Assembly: GCA_964035575.1 (NCBI GenBank)
Contig: OZ037838.1
Span: forward strand, 124,001-188,000
DNA length: 64,000 bases
From: Rhynchopus sp. YZ270_cl-10
Taxonomy: Eukaryota
Direction of reading: 5' to 3'
The translations under genes were made by a program, and so were the position numbers. This document shows positions 61,101-64,000 of this stretch, piece after piece. Under the pieces are notes generated by a model. That model did not search any database, was not told the DNA's origin, and was given only the letters and a program-made list of their open reading frames with translations. The stretch's first letter is position 1, and every line of letters begins with the position of its first letter.

Positions 61101-62578
61101 AAGCCACGTGACCCGCCGTTCTCGTAGTAGTACTCGTAGTCGATGTCCACACCGTCAAAGTTCTGTGCTGTCACAATCGACTTCAGCTGCGACACCACGT
61201 GTGCCTCCTTCCCGAAGCAGTAGTCCCAGCAGTCGTTCACGTCGCCTGCCCAGGACCCGCCCATCCCAGCTCCACCGAAGGACACAATCACCTTTTTCCC
61301 TGCCGCACGCCACTTCGTCACCAGGTCTGGCTTTGCCTGGTTTGCGCACACAGGCACAGGCGAACCGATGTTGCACGCAGCATCGCAGTTGTTCTTTGAC
61401 GCAGCCCATGTGTACGTCACAGCGAACGAGATCATGATGTGAGTGTAGTGCTCCAGCTGCTTGTCTGTCGGGCAGTCCTGCCAGTTCCCCAAGAAGGCAA
61501 TCATACGAGAGTCCCCCGTCGTTGGTGCCGGCACCACCACAGGTGCAGGTGCGGGTGTAGGTGGTGCAGCTGTCGGTGGGGCAACTGTTGTACCTGGAGC
61601 GAGATTGCTGCAGCCTCGTGTACCTTCAACAACAGCACCAACAGTGGTGGACCATGCGCCGTTCACGTCATCCTTCACAACCCAGAAGAAAGCTCCACCG
61701 TTGCACGCATGCTGAGCCTTCAGCTCGTTCATCACACTCACACCAGCAGCCGCATCTGCATTGGACCCCGTCGCCGAGCAGTCTGCAATGCAGAACCCAA
61801 ACACCACGCGTGTTGCATCTCCGCTGAACACATCGTCCACAAGCGTCTTGAAGTGTGCACCCGCAGACGGACGTCCACCAGCACCAGCAAGCCCGTCAGT
61901 TGCAGGGCGCGTGTCTGCGTTGTAGTACTGAGGCAGCACGAAGTCAACAGACGCAGCCATCTCTTTCATCACAGTGAAGTATGCAGTGCTAGACTTCAGG
62001 TCCGACTCCATGGGGGCATGGGTCACAAGGCTGCCAGCAGGAAGTTCCTGCTTCAACCCGACGGTCACGTCCTTCAGAAACTTCTGCGCCTCTGCACCAC
62101 GTGTGAAGCCACGTGACCCGCCGTTCTCGTAGTAGTACTCGTAGTCGATGTCCACACCGTCAAAGTTCTGTGCTGTCACAATCGACTTCAGCTGCGACAC
62201 CACGTGTGCCTCCTTCCCGAAGCAGTAGTCCCAGCAGTCGTTCACGTCGCCTGCCCAGGACCCGCCCATCCCAGCTCCACCGAAGGACACAATCACCTTT
62301 TTCCCTGCCGCACGCCACTTCGTCACCAGGTCTGGCTTTGCCTGGTTTGCGCACACAGGCACAGGCGAACCGATGTTGCACGCAGCATCGCAGTTGTTCT
62401 TTGACGCAGCCCATGTGTACGTCACAGCGAACGAGATCATGATGTGAGTGTAGTGCTCCAGCTGTTTGTCTGTCGGGCAGTCCTGCCAGTTCCCCAAGAA
62501 GGCAATCATACGAGAGTCTTCGGCGCTCACACACAGGGCATGCAGCAGCAGCACTGCCATTAGAGTAAGGACACGCAT
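58163..62578 (-). CDS. Membrane-anchored chitinase-like protein: signal peptide, three tandem GH18 domains, Thr/Ala/Pro stalk, C-terminal TM
   Basis: Each domain has VIVSFGG and the catalytic FDGVDIDYE (DxxDxDxE). Signal peptide MRVLTLMAVLLLHALCVSA; TM WWLPVLIGAIALVLCGGMAAFVM followed by QRKR. Confidence 0.93.
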   Translation of the reverse strand: MRVLTLMAVLLLHALCVSAEDSRMIAFLGNWQDCPTDKQLEHYTHIMISFAVTYTWAASKNNCDAACNIGSPVPVCANQAKPDLVTKWRAAGKKVIVSFGGAGMGGSWAGDVNDCWDYCFGKEAHVVSQLKSIVTAQNFDGVDIDYEYYYENGGSRGFTRGAEAQKFLKDVTVGLKQELPAGSLVTHAPMESDLKSSTAYFTVMKEMAASVDFVLPQYYNADTRPATDGLAGAGGRPSAGAHFKTLVDDVFSGDATRVVFGFCIADCSATGSNADAAAGVSVMNELKAQHACNGGAFFWVVKDDVNGAWSTTVGAVVEGTRGCSNLAPGTTVAPPTAAPPTPAPAPVVVPAPTTGDSRMIAFLGNWQDCPTDKQLEHYTHIMISFAVTYTWAASKNNCDAACNIGSPVPVCANQAKPDLVTKWRAAGKKVIVSFGGAGMGGSWAGDVNDCWDYCFGKEAHVVSQLKSIVTAQNFDGVDIDYEYYYENGGSRGFTRGAEAQKFLKDVTVGLKQELPAGSLVTHAPMESDLKSSTAYFTVMKEMAASVDFVLPQYYNADTRPATDGLVGAGGRPSAGAHFKTLVDDVFSGDATRVVFGFCIADCSATGSNADAAAGVSVMNELKAQHACNGGAFFWVVKDDVNGAWSTTVGAVVEGTRGCSNLAPGTTVAPPTAAPPTPAPAPVVVPAPTTGDSRMIAFLGNWQDCPTDKQLEHYTHIMISFAVTYTWAASKNNCDAACNIGSPVPVCANQAKPDLVTKWRAAGKKVIVSFGGAGMGGSWAGDVNDCWDYCFGKEAHVVSQLKSIVTAQNFDGVDIDYEYYYENGGSRGFTRGAEAQKFLKDVTVGLKQELPAGSLVTHAPMESDLKSSTAYFTVMKEMAASVDFVLPQYYNADTRPATDGLVGAGGRPSAGAHFKTLVDDVFSGDATRVVFGFCIADCSATGSNADAAAGVSVMNELKAQHACNGGAFFWVVKDDVNGAWSTTVGAVVEGTRGCSSNLQTLAPTMAPVTTAPMTTAPLTSAPDTTSPLTMAPATTAPDTIAPVTSAPDTMAPPTVAPTGLPLMQTFAPSTSAPDTTAPATMAPMTTAPVTVAPDTSAPATTAPMTAVPTALPSMQTFAPSTSAPDTTAPATTAPMTAAPLTSAPVTMAPMTTAPVTVAPDTSAPATTAPMTATPTALPSMQTFAPSTSAPDTTTPTTAPMTAAPLTSAPVTTAPMTATPTGLPPMQTFAPSTSAPDTTTPTTAPMTAAPLTSAPVTTAPMTATPTGLPPMQTFAPSTSAPDTTAPTTAPMTAAPTALPPMQTFAPSTNSPPTSAPDTSAPATTAPMTATPTALPPMQTFAPSTSAPDTTAPDTAAPTALPPMQTYAPDTTAPSNTTAPDTTAPTGTPTTTPVDVTDVPLRGAAKTPAPDSDGDSSMWWLPVLIGAIALVLCGGMAAFVMQRKRAQGTVQLSDILMADEEELHNSNEFSSASV
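59596..62517 (-). repeat. Intragenic triplication with a 1005-bp period
   Basis: Shadow ORFs recur at 60103/61108/62113. The copies differ by only a few substitutions. Confidence 0.97.
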
Positions 62579-63141
62579 TGTTTGTGTATGGCCTGTCATG
62601 GCGTGTGTGATGTGTACGTACCCTTTGCTATTCAACAACCCGTTGCCGGTAAGCGATACCACCTCGAGCACAGTCTCAGCAAGACTCTTCTTTGAGTAAC
62701 AAGTTACACACGTACAAGTCTACAAGTCTACCGCAGGCTGGGATGTGCCAGGATTGAACAGGAGCCCCTTGCGATAGCGTCATGAGACGGACTGGTCACG
62801 AACTGTGTGTCGGGAGAGTAAAAAACAGGGGGTGGTTCCTGCACCTTTTTTTATATATCAACATTGCCTGGAGGGCAACCTACCGATGATCGGAGGGCCC
62901 TAAGACATGAACACGATAACCACGTAAGCACACTGGGGTCAGGGGAGGGGGGAATAAGGGAAAGCTTGAACAGACCAAACTCCAACAAAAAGAAACGTTA
63001 CGATGAACCCAAACCTGGCGTGCTAAGTCACCTAATAAAAAGAATGCTTGGAGAAAGCCTTCTGTACACAACCACATCAAAAACAAGAAAAAGAGAGCGA
63101 AGAAAACTCACAACATATCAACGTTGCAACACTGTGCACAT

Positions 63142-64000
63142 CTACTCCGCACAGAGGGGCGAGACTGCGAGAGGCCCGAACGGCTTTATTGGGATGCCCA
63201 TATCGTTGACGACTGCACAGGAGGGGAAGGCGCCGTGGGCGTAGCGCACTTCCCAGATTGGGTTGTTCGTGTCGTAGGACGCACCAAGGTCGATGTTGAG
63301 GAGCAGGTCTGTGCCGTCGGGCTGGATTGTGGCGGAGTGCCACGTGTCGCCTGTCCAGACGGACCCCGTCGACACCTGCGCAATGCCGTACGCAACACCC
63401 TCCAGCCCCGCCTGCGTCACATTGCAACACGTCGGCGACTGCACCAAACACTCCGTCGAAGGGACCAGACTAATCTTCTTGTTGTTGTCCAGCCGCAGAC
63501 GCACCTGAGCAATGTGGCTTGCACCACTCAATGTCGGCAGCTGCGACACGCATGCGGACTGAAGCACCGGGCCGTCCGCATTGACGGCGCTCTTCGGATA
63601 GGCAGTCTCAAGCACCTTCCAGCCAAGGCGCTGTCCAACGAGTGTCTTGTGTTTGGAGTGGATTGTGGACGAGCCCTGGTCGTAGGAGACTGCAAGCCCG
63701 ATGTCGGGGAGGGTGCGCTGGACGTCGTCCTGCGCCATGCGGATGTCGCCGTAGTTGCAGAAGTCTGCATAGCACTGCCCCGTGTTGCCGCTGTCGCATG
63801 CGTGCAGCTGCACCAGGTTGAAGGGAAAGGCCTGCTTGAAGGCACGACGCCACGAGCTGATCATGTTCATGAAGAGACAGCGGTAGTTGCCCCGCGTCAG
63901 GTGGTAGCCCTCGTTCATGTTCGCCTCGCCCTGGTACCACATCACGGACCGCACCGAGGTGCCCACCAGCGGCGAGAGGATCTGGTTGAACAGCGTGCCG
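63142..64000 (-). CDS. Sialate O-acetylesterase-like (SGNH/SASA) protein; 3' part only, truncated by the window edge
   Basis: LFNQILSPL..SVRSVMWYQGEAN, MISSWRRAF..FPFNLVQL, IRMAQ and D....IHSKHK..VGQRL match SIAE-family motifs. Confidence 0.85.
   Translation of the reverse strand, partial: GTLFNQILSPLVGTSVRSVMWYQGEANMNEGYHLTRGNYRCLFMNMISSWRRAFKQAFPFNLVQLHACDSGNTGQCYADFCNYGDIRMAQDDVQRTLPDIGLAVSYDQGSSTIHSKHKTLVGQRLGWKVLETAYPKSAVNADGPVLQSACVSQLPTLSGASHIAQVRLRLDNNKKISLVPSTECLVQSPTCCNVTQAGLEGVAYGIAQVSTGSVWTGDTWHSATIQPDGTDLLLNIDLGASYDTNNPIWEVRYAHGAFPSCAVVNDMGIPIKPFGPLAVSPLCAE

Noticed and set aside
58196..62534. Plus-strand ORFs opposite the chitinase
   Set aside because: They are antisense shadows of a GC-rich repetitive CDS.

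Overview
Eukaryotic protist genomic DNA with three parts. It has a GT-AG intron, all genes lie on the minus strand, and it carries a CRE/SLACS-clade retroposon, which suggests a euglenozoan such as a diplonemid (inference). (1) Two tRNA genes, Ser-UGA and Lys-UUU, lie at 47-277. (2) A ~30 kb repeat domain spans 294-30405. It is built from a ~747-bp non-coding unit with defined ends: left GGTGACGGGCTAAAAAACC, right GGTTTTTTAGG, with asymmetric inverted repeats and terminal hairpins. The unit is repeatedly joined to itself or nested into itself at ATT(T) sites. A derived, almost perfectly homogeneous 577-bp satellite (~25 copies) carries a long hairpin and an 8-unit higher-order pattern. The domain looks like a rolling-circle-type (Helentron/HINE-like) element that has become a possibly centromeric satellite. 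(3) An apparently intact ~11.6-kb non-LTR retrotransposon (30423-41999, minus strand) has a poly(A) tail and an 11-bp TSD and sits in a (GCTGTGGAA)n minisatellite. Its single ~3,430-aa ORF contains a signal-peptide-like start, Ser/Asn repeats, TM-like segments, OTU-like protease, zinc fingers, RT, RLE, a second OTU-like domain, a Cys-rich finger and a coiled coil. After it comes a co-oriented gene cluster: hypothetical protein, ankyrin protein, eIF5, PLAC8, Ubl-LRR, MFS transporter, triple-GH18 chitinase and a partial sialate O-acetylesterase. All domain calls are motif recognition by eye; no database search was run.
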